A DNA stretch of 64,000 nucleotides. It comes from Comamonadaceae bacterium (GTDB lineage Bacteria; Pseudomonadota; Gammaproteobacteria; Burkholderiales; Burkholderiaceae_C). The notes under the pieces were generated by a model that did no database searches, was not told where the DNA came from, and worked only from the letters and a program-made list of their open reading frames with translations. The stretch covers positions 21,072-85,071 of the forward strand of contig JBAXBQ010000003.1 of the NCBI GenBank assembly GCA_037141865.1, in the 5' to 3' direction. Of the stretch, positions 54,338 through 63,653 are shown piece after piece; within the stretch, counting starts at the first letter, position 1; the number at the start of each line of letters is the position of its first letter. A program made the position numbers and the translations under genes.

Positions 54338-55875
54338 CCTCGACCGTTGATGTTCGCGCCCAGCGACTGGCTGGCGCTGGCAGGGTACAAGCGCAGGCAC
54401 TCATCTGCGTCCAGCGGTTCGATCCAGGCCATTTGCCGCTCCAGCACAGCGAGAGTGGCTTCCGACGCATCGCCGCCTTCCTTCAGCCGCCCGACGATGC
54501 GTTGACGCAATTGCGCCGCTGTCGCCTGGGGTGCCAGGATGAAGAACTCCGCACCGGCATCGGCTGCCAGCGTCTGGAAGGCGGACCGATCCGCGCGCCG
54601 CAGAAAAGCGGCGTCGACGACGCTGGACCAACCGGCTGCCAACTGCTCGCGGGCCAGCTCCAGCAAGTGGCGGTAGATGGTTTGCTGAGCGTCCGGCTGG
54701 TAGATGCCGCCATCCACGGCCGAGCCGCTGCTGTCCTGCGGGGCCAGTCCGAACAGGCGTTTGCGCTCCACATCGGAGCGCAGGCGCAGCGTCGTGGCGG
54801 TGGCGTCGCCCAGCAATAGCCGGGTCGATGCGGCGGTCTTGCCGCAGCCGGACAAGCCATGGGTGATGATGAGTCGGGGCCGGGGCGGCCAGGCCAGCTG
54901 TTCGGCCAGCGCCACATAGCCGTGCACCTCGCCCATGTCTGTCCCATCCTGACTGGCGCGGATGGCTGCCACCTTGGCCCGCACCAGCGCCCGGTAGCTG
55001 GCATAAAAACGCAGTAGCGGCACAGCGCCGAAGTCACCGCTGTGGCTGAGCCACTGATTAAGAAACCAGCAGGCCAGGCCGGTCTGGCGGTGATCCAGCA
55101 GATCAACAAAAGTGAAGGCGATTTCGCTGGCCACGTCTATCCAGCGGAAGTCTTCGTTGAACTCGATGCAATCGAACAGCGTCACGCGAGCGTCGATCAG
55201 TGCCAGGTTGCCCAGGTGCAGGTCACCATGGCACTCAAGCACCCGTCCGGACGCCTTGCGCCCGATGAATTGCGGGCGCAGGCGCTGGAACTCACTGCGG
55301 CTCCATGCCGACAAGGCAGCCAGCCGACTTTGCCATGGTGGCTCGGGCAGCAGGGCTTGCAGCTCTTCAAAGTTCTCCAGCACCGGCGCCAGAATTTCGT
55401 CTGGGTTTCCAAAGCGCGAGTCCGGCGCAGCTACCGCCGCAACCCGCTGGAAGCTGACCAGGGTCTGGGCCAACTCGCTAAGGTGTTCGGCTGTCAGTGC
55501 GCCGCGCGCGCACAGCCGGTCCAATCGGGCGGTCTGATCGAAGCGACGCATCTTGACGGCAAACTCGATCGCTGCGCCGGCACCGCCGAGCCGAGGGTCT
55601 TCGGGCCTGCCGCTGATCGCAACCACATCCAGATAGAGCGCCGGCGCGAAGCGGCGATTCAGCCGCAACTCGATCTCGCAGTAAGTCTGGCGCTGCGCCA
55701 GCGTAGCGAAATCCAGAAACGGCAGGGTGACGGGTTTCTTGATTTTGTAGGCGTAGTCACCGGCCAGCAGTACCCATGAAATGTGCGTCTCAACCAGCTC
55801 GACGCGCGCCACCGGATGAGGGTAGCGTGCGGGCTCCAGCAGGGCCTGAATGAGTGCAGGCAGGGGCGGATGCAT
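54334..55875 (-). CDS. bifunctional APH-like kinase / P-loop (AAA_33-type) kinase fusion protein
   Basis: 513 aa. Catalytic loop HGDLHLGN (APH/ChoK fold), then Walker A GLSGCGKT in the C-terminal roughly 170 aa. Confidence 0.8.
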   Translation of the reverse strand: MHPPLPALIQALLEPARYPHPVARVELVETHISWVLLAGDYAYKIKKPVTLPFLDFATLAQRQTYCEIELRLNRRFAPALYLDVVAISGRPEDPRLGGAGAAIEFAVKMRRFDQTARLDRLCARGALTAEHLSELAQTLVSFQRVAAVAAPDSRFGNPDEILAPVLENFEELQALLPEPPWQSRLAALSAWSRSEFQRLRPQFIGRKASGRVLECHGDLHLGNLALIDARVTLFDCIEFNEDFRWIDVASEIAFTFVDLLDHRQTGLACWFLNQWLSHSGDFGAVPLLRFYASYRALVRAKVAAIRASQDGTDMGEVHGYVALAEQLAWPPRPRLIITHGLSGCGKTAASTRLLLGDATATTLRLRSDVERKRLFGLAPQDSSGSAVDGGIYQPDAQQTIYRHLLELAREQLAAGWSSVVDAAFLRRADRSAFQTLAADAGAEFFILAPQATAAQLRQRIVGRLKEGGDASEATLAVLERQMAWIEPLDADECLRLYPASASQSLGANINGRG

Positions 55876-55888
55876 GACAAAGACTGTC

Positions 55889-56629
55889 TCAGGCGTGGGT
55901 GATCCAGCTTGCGTGGTCAGCGTGTTCCAGGTGTGGCAGGGTGTTAAAGGTCACCAGCGTGTGGCGCTTGGGGTTGAAGGCGAACTCGGTGATGGCGCTA
56001 TTGCGGATGCGCATGTTGAGCTCAATGGTGGTCTCGGGCGTGGTGCCCAGCACGTGGCCCACCGCCGTGGCAATGGGGCCGCCGCTGGAGACGATCAGCA
56101 CATTGCCGTCGCAGTTTTTCCGGATGTGGTCCAGCGCATGGATGACGCCTTGCCTGAACTCAAGGTAGCTGGGCATGCCCTTCGGGCTGACAACACCGTT
56201 CATCCATTGCGTCAAGCCGTCGCGCAGCAGACGAAAGTGATGACGATAGAGCTCGGGTGTGTCGGGCTTTTCAAGTTTATAGGGGTGCACGGTGGCGATG
56301 ACGGCTTCGCTGTCAAATTCGTTCAGTCCTGGCCAGCGCAATGGTGCCCCCACGCTCGCCACTTTGTGTGCTGCGCTGCCCCCCGAGGGCGCTGCTTCCC
56401 CTTGGGGCGGCCCGGCGGTGAAGCTGGCCCCCATGCCCTCGCGGATGGCATCATAAGTCTGCAGGTGACGGCGCAAGGTACCGGTCAAGACAGCCTCAAA
56501 AGTCAGACCCTTCTGGCGGAAATAGTCGCCCAGTCGCAGGCTTTGCTGCTGGCCCAGCGCACTTAAGTTGTCGTAGTCGGCGGCGCCAAACGAAGCCTGG
56601 CCATGGCGTACGAGGTAGAGGGTTCCCAT
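55889..56629 (-). CDS. histidine phosphatase (phosphoglycerate-mutase superfamily) protein
   Basis: N-terminal LYLVRHGQ (RHG motif); 246 aa; 13 nt upstream of the kinase-fusion gene. Confidence 0.85.
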   Translation of the reverse strand: MGTLYLVRHGQASFGAADYDNLSALGQQQSLRLGDYFRQKGLTFEAVLTGTLRRHLQTYDAIREGMGASFTAGPPQGEAAPSGGSAAHKVASVGAPLRWPGLNEFDSEAVIATVHPYKLEKPDTPELYRHHFRLLRDGLTQWMNGVVSPKGMPSYLEFRQGVIHALDHIRKNCDGNVLIVSSGGPIATAVGHVLGTTPETTIELNMRIRNSAITEFAFNPKRHTLVTFNTLPHLEHADHASWITHA

Positions 56630-56828
56630 GCCGCGAATCTAAACCAGATCGCTCTTTGTCTCTTGTCGCCCTAGCGACGGCAACGAACGCTGGCCGGCAA
56701 GTTGCATTGCAGCTTACAGACGGGTGGACCAAACAAGGGGCCTACAATCCCCCGAATCCGAGTCGCGCAGCAGCCACGCGAACAGCGATTGATCGTCAGT
56801 ATTCATCCGTTTCCGGAGGACCCCTCTC

Positions 56829-57662
56829 ATGCGCCGCATCCACTGGATTCTCTCCATGTTTCTGCTGCTGCCGGCGCTAAGTCTGGCGGCACCCGCAACA
56901 GCCACATTTCGGATTGGTGTTGCGCCGCATTCGAGCGCACGCGTGATCATCGAGATGTACCAACCCTTGCGCCTGTATCTGGAGCAGGCATTGCAGCGAC
57001 CGGTGGAAATAGTGACTGCACCTGATTTCACGGAATTTGCCCGGCGTGCCATCGCGCAAAACTACGACATCGCGATTACTACTGGCCACCAGGCGCGTCT
57101 GCTGCAGACCGATGCACGCTACTTGGCGCTGTTGACTTATCAAGCCGATTTCAAGGCGGTGGCGCTGGTAGTGTCTGACAGCCGCTATCGTGAACCGAAG
57201 GATCTGGCTGGCAGCACCGTGCTGGGACTCTCGGCATCATCCCTGGTGACGCTTTGGGGGCAGCACTGGCTGTCGCGCAACTCGGTACCGGGGGCCACAC
57301 TGCACTACGTCAGCGCCTCTGACAGTGTCGGACAGCTGTTGCTCAAGGGCGAAGGTAGCGCTGGTTTTATGTCGCTGGCAAACTTTCAGAACCTGCCTTC
57401 GCCAATGCGAGCACAGTTGCGGGTGCTGGCCGAGAGTTTGCCGATGGCCGGACGTGTCTACATGCTCAACGTCCGTCACGCAAAGAAGCAGCAGGACATC
57501 GTCGCTGCACTGTGGGCTTTTGCGGAAACACAGCAAGCCAAGCAATATTTCGCCCAGTACAAGCTCGGCGGTTATCGGCCACTAGAGGTGCGCGAATTGG
57601 TTGCCCTTGACCCCTACGCCAACGAAGTTCGTCTGGTGCTAAAACAAGGGCAAGGCGGCTAA
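56829..57662 (+). CDS. PhnD-type (phosphonate-binding-like) periplasmic substrate-binding protein
   Basis: Signal peptide, FRIGVAPHSSARVIIEMYQPL...DIAITTGHQA typical of the phosphate/phosphonate SBP fold. Confidence 0.75.
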   Translation: MRRIHWILSMFLLLPALSLAAPATATFRIGVAPHSSARVIIEMYQPLRLYLEQALQRPVEIVTAPDFTEFARRAIAQNYDIAITTGHQARLLQTDARYLALLTYQADFKAVALVVSDSRYREPKDLAGSTVLGLSASSLVTLWGQHWLSRNSVPGATLHYVSASDSVGQLLLKGEGSAGFMSLANFQNLPSPMRAQLRVLAESLPMAGRVYMLNVRHAKKQQDIVAALWAFAETQQAKQYFAQYKLGGYRPLEVRELVALDPYANEVRLVLKQGQGG

Positions 57663-59638
57663 TGCAGTTCGCCCCTTGGCGCACGGTACGTGGACGCCTG
57701 GTATTGGCGGCACTGCTGGTTGAGTTTGCCATGCTGGTGATACTGGTTGGCAACAGCCAGCGTCTGTTGTACGAGGCTATGGGTGAACAAGCGCGCGAGC
57801 AAGCCGAACAGATCGCGCCGGTTTTATCGGCCGCGTTGGTGGCGCCGCTGGCACAGTACGACTACGCCACGGTGCGGGCAATTCTGAATGAAAGCCAAGC
57901 CATTCGCGGAATTGTTTACCTGGCGGTGACGGATGCTGGTGGCGACATCGTCGCCAGCAGCGGCTGGCCGGCTAACAAGGCGCTGCCGCCGGCCGACGTT
58001 AGTTACACACTGGATGGCGACCCGCCGCGCTATGACCTGGCGCTGCCGATCATACTGGCTGGGCAGTCTCTGGGGAAGCTGCAGTTTGGGCTCGATTTAT
58101 CCCGCATTGTGCTGGCGCGAAAAAATTTGCTGACCCAGGGTATCTTCATCGCCGTGAGTGAACTGCTATTGACAGCCGGCCTGCTGACCCTGCTTGGCAT
58201 GCTGATCACGCGCCGACTTACGTTGCTAACCAAGGCCAGTATCAAGGTGGCGCAAGGGCAATTGACGCCAGCTCCTGTGCCGGAGGGAGGTGACGATGTC
58301 GGACGTTTGGGCGCCGCATTCAATGTCATGTCAGTTGCCATCGCTGAGCGCATTGTTCAGCTGACTCGCGCCAACGCGGAGACTGCCAGCATTGCTGAGG
58401 CCCTTCGGGAAAAGAACGCGCAATTGGCGCAGAGTCATGCGGCACTTGTCGACGAGAACAGCAAGCGACTGGAGGTCCAGCAAGAGCTCGAAGATGCCCT
58501 GGTGCGAATCCGCGACCGCACCGAGCAGCTCAATGCCATCTTCGACTTGAGCCCGGACGGCTTCGTTTCGTTTGACGCGCAGCACTGTGTCAAATATGCC
58601 AGCCCGTCTTTTTTCCACATGACGGGTCTGGATTCAAGCCAAATTGTCGGGCTGGCGGAAGCGGCTTTTTGCGCACTATTGGCGCGTACCTGCACAGAAC
58701 CGGCTGGATTTCCTGATCTGGCCGCGTTGCGAGACCGTGTCAGTGCAGAAAATCCTGCTGGCAACAGCGACATTGCGAAAGCAGGTGGTGGACACCGACG
58801 TCATCTGATCGAACTGGCCGGACCGGGCAAACACATCCTTGAAGTTAGTCTGCGTCTGTCGGAATCGGAGACTGTTTCACAGATTCTTTATTTCCGTGAT
58901 GTGACACACGAATCCGCAGTTGACCGGATGAAGAGTGAGTTTCTGTCGCACGCTGCGCACGAACTGCGCACACCGATGGCCAGCATCTATGGCTATTCGG
59001 AAATATTGCTGCACCAGCAGTTCTCCGAGAAGGAGCAAAAGGAGTTTCTAGGCATCATCTACCGACAGTGCGAACAGATGATTGCGATCATCAACGAGCT
59101 GCTCGATTTGGCCCGCATTGATAATCTTCGCGGTAAGGACTTTGTCTTTGCCAGCCTGGATGCCAATCAGTTGCTGCAGCAGATCACCGCCGATTTTGGT
59201 GTGCCGGCGGGGCAGCTGCCAACGAGTCTGGACCTGCCGCTGACGCCGCGCTGGGTGCGAGCTGACCGGAACAAGTTGATGCAGGCGGTTCGCAACGTTC
59301 TCTCCAACGCCTACAAGTATTCACCGGCAGGCGGCCAGGTGGAAATCAGTCTGGCCAGCCTGACCGGCACCGGTCCGGATGCCTCGGTGCGTCTCGGCAT
59401 TCGCTTGACGGATCATGGCATTGGCATGACGCAGGAACAGACGGCCAGGGTGTTTGAACGTTTCTACCGCGCCGATACTTCAGGACGTATTGCCAGTACC
59501 GGACTGGGCATGAGCATCGTCAAGGAAATCATGGGGCTGCATGGAGGTTCTGTCGAGATCGAGAGCCAGATCGGCGTGGGTACCACAGTCATCTTGTGGT
59601 TGCCGGTAGCCGGATTCGTTGCGCCAGCGCTGGTTTGA
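57662..59638 (+). CDS. sensor histidine kinase (periplasmic domain-HAMP-coiled coil-PAS-HisKA-HATPase)
   Basis: H-box HAAHELRTPM, N-box NAYKYSP, G-boxes DHGIGM and GLGMSIV. TAATG overlap with the SBP gene. Confidence 0.9.
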   Translation: MQFAPWRTVRGRLVLAALLVEFAMLVILVGNSQRLLYEAMGEQAREQAEQIAPVLSAALVAPLAQYDYATVRAILNESQAIRGIVYLAVTDAGGDIVASSGWPANKALPPADVSYTLDGDPPRYDLALPIILAGQSLGKLQFGLDLSRIVLARKNLLTQGIFIAVSELLLTAGLLTLLGMLITRRLTLLTKASIKVAQGQLTPAPVPEGGDDVGRLGAAFNVMSVAIAERIVQLTRANAETASIAEALREKNAQLAQSHAALVDENSKRLEVQQELEDALVRIRDRTEQLNAIFDLSPDGFVSFDAQHCVKYASPSFFHMTGLDSSQIVGLAEAAFCALLARTCTEPAGFPDLAALRDRVSAENPAGNSDIAKAGGGHRRHLIELAGPGKHILEVSLRLSESETVSQILYFRDVTHESAVDRMKSEFLSHAAHELRTPMASIYGYSEILLHQQFSEKEQKEFLGIIYRQCEQMIAIINELLDLARIDNLRGKDFVFASLDANQLLQQITADFGVPAGQLPTSLDLPLTPRWVRADRNKLMQAVRNVLSNAYKYSPAGGQVEISLASLTGTGPDASVRLGIRLTDHGIGMTQEQTARVFERFYRADTSGRIASTGLGMSIVKEIMGLHGGSVEIESQIGVGTTVILWLPVAGFVAPALV

Positions 59639-59689
59639 TGACGGTGTGGCCGGGAATCAGATCAATTGCGTTATGGCAACGACGAACGG

Positions 59690-60811
59690 TCAAGCCAGCA
59701 GCACTTTGGCAAATACGCCGGCATCCACATTGCCGCCGCTAAGCGTCGTGCCAACCACTTGACCGCGCAGCAAGTGGCGCTCCTGCATGGCGGCGGCATA
59801 GCTAGCAGCACCGGCACCCTCCGCGACGTTGTGGGTATCGATGTAGATGTCGCGCATGGCTTGCGCTACCTCCACATCGCTCACTTTGACGATGTGGTCC
59901 AGATGCGGAGCCATGATGTTCAGTGCCGCCTGATCGGCGATGCGGCAGGCCATGCCATCGGCCAGTAGCGTGCTGACTGGCGCCTCCACGATGCGCCCCG
60001 CCATCAGCGAGTCGGCATAGGTCGTCGCATGCGCGCTCACAACGCCGACGATTCTTGCCTTGTGACCCAATGCCAGCTTGGCGGCGATGGCCGAACAGGC
60101 GCCCGAGCCCTGGCCGATCGGCACATAAACCACATCAAGTTGTGGCACGGCTTTGAAAAACTCCCACCAGTAAGTGCTGACGCCACTAAGCAAATCCGGG
60201 TGGAAACTAGGCACCATATGCGCGCCATTTTGGGTGGCCAGAGAAATAGCGTGCTCCCGGCTTTGCTGAAAATCGGTACCGTATTCGATCAGCGTCACAC
60301 CCAAAGCGCGCATGGCGGCATTTTTCTCCAGTGAATTACCCAGCGGCACCACGATACTGCACGCCACGCCGTGCGCACGCGCCGCCCAGCCGATGCTCTG
60401 GCCGTGGTTGCCACGCGTTGCACTGATGACACTGCCCGGCAAGACGCCGCGCCGCTTCAGCCGGTCGAAGTAGGTCAGGCCACCCCGCAGCTTGAAAGCG
60501 CCAACGGGCGTGTGGTTCTCATGCTTGACCCAGCACTCGCTGCCCAGACGCTGGCTCAGCAGCGCCCAGTGGTATTGCGGCGTGGCCTGGAATTCGCGGT
60601 ACACCACCTGTGCGGCGGCTTCGATCTGTTGCAGGGTGGGCAGAGTCGTGGGCGACTCGCTGGCGGTCGCTTCAAGCTGCGACACGTCGGCCAGCGGTGG
60701 TTTAACTGCGCTGGGTCGCGGACTGAAGGCGCCTGCCTCGCGGTTCGACCTCGTGATCAACATGTCCGATTTGTGCGCATCGTCCGTGGCCAATGGGGTG
60801 CGGGTTGTCAT
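59690..60811 (-). CDS. threonine/serine dehydratase-like PLP enzyme (PALP fold) with about 55-aa N-terminal extension
   Basis: PLP-lysine motif GAFKLRGG, GNHGQS, glycine-rich loop. ATGA overlap with the upstream aminotransferase supports the long start. Confidence 0.8.
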   Translation of the reverse strand: MTTRTPLATDDAHKSDMLITRSNREAGAFSPRPSAVKPPLADVSQLEATASESPTTLPTLQQIEAAAQVVYREFQATPQYHWALLSQRLGSECWVKHENHTPVGAFKLRGGLTYFDRLKRRGVLPGSVISATRGNHGQSIGWAARAHGVACSIVVPLGNSLEKNAAMRALGVTLIEYGTDFQQSREHAISLATQNGAHMVPSFHPDLLSGVSTYWWEFFKAVPQLDVVYVPIGQGSGACSAIAAKLALGHKARIVGVVSAHATTYADSLMAGRIVEAPVSTLLADGMACRIADQAALNIMAPHLDHIVKVSDVEVAQAMRDIYIDTHNVAEGAGAASYAAAMQERHLLRGQVVGTTLSGGNVDAGVFAKVLLA

Positions 60812-62031
60812 GACCTGAGGTCTTTCAGAGTAGCGGCGTAAACCCCGATTGCGGCTGCCAGCGCCGTCACGCCGCGATGGATTTCTGCCACGCTGGGCGT
60901 GACGAAGGACAGGCGCAGCGTACGCGGGTCAGCGCGATCGGCGTAAAACGGCGCGCCTGGCACATAGGCAACGCCTTGTGCGACTGCGTGCGGCAACAAC
61001 TCCACTGCACTCATGCCTTTGGGCAATCTGGCCCACAAAAACATGCCACCTGCCGGGGTGTTCCAGCTGAGCGTCGAATCGGGCTCGCCGGCCGGTATCT
61101 CACGCCGCAGGGCTTCCAGCATGGCGTCGCGCTGCAATTTGTAGAGCGCCCGAATGGTCGGCACATGGCGCTCCAGAAAGCCATCTTTCATGACCTCTGC
61201 GATCACGCGCTGATTGAAGCCGGGGCTGTGCAGATCGGCGGCCTGCTTGGCCTGTAACAGCTTGGCATAGACCGCTTGTGGTGCCACCACATAACCCATG
61301 CGCAGACCCGGCGCCAGTACCTTGGAGAAGGAGCCAAGGTAGATGCAGCCGTCCGGATTGCGCGTCGTTAGCGGCAAGGGCGGTGGTGAGTCAAACCACA
61401 GGTCGCCGTAGGGGTTGTCTTCAATTAAAGGCAACTTCAGTCGGGCCGCCTCTGCGCTCAGGGCGACGCGGTTGCTCTCACTCATGGTGCGCCCGGTCGG
61501 GTTCTGAAAATTGGGCAGCACGTAGAGAAAGCGGGCGTCATCTGCCTTGGTCCGCAGATCGGTCAAATCAATACCTTGATCGTTGCCGGCCACGCTGATG
61601 ACCTCAGGTTCCATCGGTGTGAAAGCCATCACGGCGCCCAGGTAAGTGGGTGACTCCACCAGCACCTTGCTGCCGGCGTCCACCAGGACCTTGGCCACCA
61701 GGTCGAGCCCTTGCTGCGAGCCGGTGGTGATGAGAACCCGGGCCGGGTCCACCTGCCATGGCAACGCTGCGGCCACCATTTCGCGCAGCGGGCCAAAGCC
61801 CTCACTGGCGGCGTATTGCAACGCGGCGTGTGAGTCATCACGCAACACCTTGGCGCAGGCGGCTTCGAACTCGGCCACCGGAAAGGTCTTGGGCGAAGGC
61901 AAGCCACCGGCAAAACTGATGATGCCGGGCCGCTCGGTGAGTTTGAGGATCTCGCGGATTGCCGATGGGTTCATTTTTGCGGTGCGCCGGGCCAACAACC
62001 AGGGCGAAGTGTTTGCTGCAATCATGTCCAT
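60808..62031 (-). CDS. PLP-dependent aminotransferase, class I/II (no HTH domain)
   Basis: 407 aa, SFSKVLAPGLRMGY PLP-Lys motif. Confidence 0.85.
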   Translation of the reverse strand: MDMIAANTSPWLLARRTAKMNPSAIREILKLTERPGIISFAGGLPSPKTFPVAEFEAACAKVLRDDSHAALQYAASEGFGPLREMVAAALPWQVDPARVLITTGSQQGLDLVAKVLVDAGSKVLVESPTYLGAVMAFTPMEPEVISVAGNDQGIDLTDLRTKADDARFLYVLPNFQNPTGRTMSESNRVALSAEAARLKLPLIEDNPYGDLWFDSPPPLPLTTRNPDGCIYLGSFSKVLAPGLRMGYVVAPQAVYAKLLQAKQAADLHSPGFNQRVIAEVMKDGFLERHVPTIRALYKLQRDAMLEALRREIPAGEPDSTLSWNTPAGGMFLWARLPKGMSAVELLPHAVAQGVAYVPGAPFYADRADPRTLRLSFVTPSVAEIHRGVTALAAAIGVYAATLKDLRS

Positions 62032-62055
62032 GTTGGTTCCCGTTATGTGACTTGT

Positions 62056-62952
62056 TTATCTGGTGGTGCTGACCGGCATTTTGCGGCCAACAAAAACCAC
62101 AGCGATGACGGCCAGTCCGAAGCCCACAGTGACTGAGTCGAGCGATTCACCCAACAGCGGTACGGCGAACAGCATGCTCAGGAATGGCTGGATCAGCTGC
62201 AGCTGGCTGACGCGCACGGTGCCGCCCAGCGCCAGGCCGCGATACCAGGCAAAAAAGCCCAGCCACATGGAAAACACGGCGACGTAGGCAAAAGCCCACC
62301 AGGCGACCGGCTCGATCGGTGTTTGAGGCCATTGCGCCGCGCTGAGTGCCAGGTTGATCGGCAAGGTCAGCAGCAAAGCCCAGCAAATCACGTGCTCGGC
62401 CCGCATCACGCCAGACAGTCGTGCGCCCCAGCCGTAACCCATGGCGGCGCAGGCCATGCCTGCCAGCAACAGAAGGTCGGCGCGCTGCAGATACAGGCCC
62501 GTCTGCCCGGAGTGCAGCACGGCAAAAGTAACCACCAGCGCCGTGCCAAATATCGCGCACCACCAAAATCCGGCCGATGGCCGCTGCTGGTGAAGGTACG
62601 CACCCACAGCGGCAGTAGCCAGTGGCAACACACCGACCATGACACTGGCATGCACCGCTTCCACATGGCGCATGGCAATCGAGGTAAAGAGCGGAAAGCC
62701 GAACACCACCCCTAGCGCCACCACGCACAATGGCAGCCAATCCTGGCGACGCGGCCACGGCGCACGGGTGAACCAAAGAAAAGGCAGCGACAGCAAGGCC
62801 GCCACCACGGCCCGCCCCGTGGCTACAAACACACCGGACATTTGCGGCGCTTGCGGCGTGCCAACGGCGATGCGCGTCATCGGCAGAGTCAACGCGAAGA
62901 TCACCACGCCCAGGGTGCCCAGCCACAAGCCTGTTTTGATGTCTTTGTTCAA
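62056..62952 (-). CDS. DMT-superfamily (EamA) transporter
   Basis: 298 aa, 10 TM, two EamA repeats. TTG start overlapping the LysE stop (TTGA). Confidence 0.85.
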   Translation of the reverse strand: MNKDIKTGLWLGTLGVVIFALTLPMTRIAVGTPQAPQMSGVFVATGRAVVAALLSLPFLWFTRAPWPRRQDWLPLCVVALGVVFGFPLFTSIAMRHVEAVHASVMVGVLPLATAAVGAYLHQQRPSAGFWWCAIFGTALVVTFAVLHSGQTGLYLQRADLLLLAGMACAAMGYGWGARLSGVMRAEHVICWALLLTLPINLALSAAQWPQTPIEPVAWWAFAYVAVFSMWLGFFAWYRGLALGGTVRVSQLQLIQPFLSMLFAVPLLGESLDSVTVGFGLAVIAVVFVGRKMPVSTTR

Positions 62953-63584
62953 AGCGTTGCCATCCAGATGGCGGTCAGCACCAGCACGGCGGCCATACCG
63001 CGGTTAAACCAGCGCAATCGTGCCCCTTGCGCCAGCCACTCGCGCAGGAGTGAACCCATGAGCGCATAGCTGAGATTGCTGAGCAGGCCGAACATCAGCA
63101 TCACCGGCAGCACGACGGCAAAACGCGCCAGCGCGTCAGGACGTCCGGCCAGCCAGCCAGCCACCACGGTCAGAGCCAGCATCCAGGCCTTGATGTTGAG
63201 GAACTGCAGCAGCACGCCCTGCCAGAAAGTGACGTCCAGGCGCGAGCAGTCAGTGTGCCAATGCGGTTGCGCCTGCGACCATGTGCCGGTGCGCCACTCG
63301 AAGCGGATGCCGCCCAAGCGCCAGGCCAGCCACAACAGGTAACTGACGCCAACCAAGGTGATGGCCAGGCGCAGCATGGGCACCGCCACGACCAGAGCGC
63401 CCACACCACCCGCACACAGGCTCAACAACAGACCCCAGCCGACCGGCACGGCCACAACAAAACCCAGCGCGCGCTTCAAGCCAAAGTTGGCCGCCAGCGC
63501 CGTCGACAGCGTGGTGTTGGGACCCGGGGTGAAGCTGGCGGCAGTCGTCAGCAACAGCAGGGCGCTGAATTCAACGCTATTCAT
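62949..63584 (-). CDS. LysE-family amino-acid exporter
   Basis: 211 aa, N-terminal FTPGPNT motif. Confidence 0.85.
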   Translation of the reverse strand: MNSVEFSALLLLTTAASFTPGPNTTLSTALAANFGLKRALGFVVAVPVGWGLLLSLCAGGVGALVVAVPMLRLAITLVGVSYLLWLAWRLGGIRFEWRTGTWSQAQPHWHTDCSRLDVTFWQGVLLQFLNIKAWMLALTVVAGWLAGRPDALARFAVVLPVMLMFGLLSNLSYALMGSLLREWLAQGARLRWFNRGMAAVLVLTAIWMATL

Positions 63585-63653
63585 GGAGTGGGGCTTGATG
63601 GTTCATGCATTTGACTTTACGCGAGTTAGATCGCATCGCTTTCAGACACCGCC

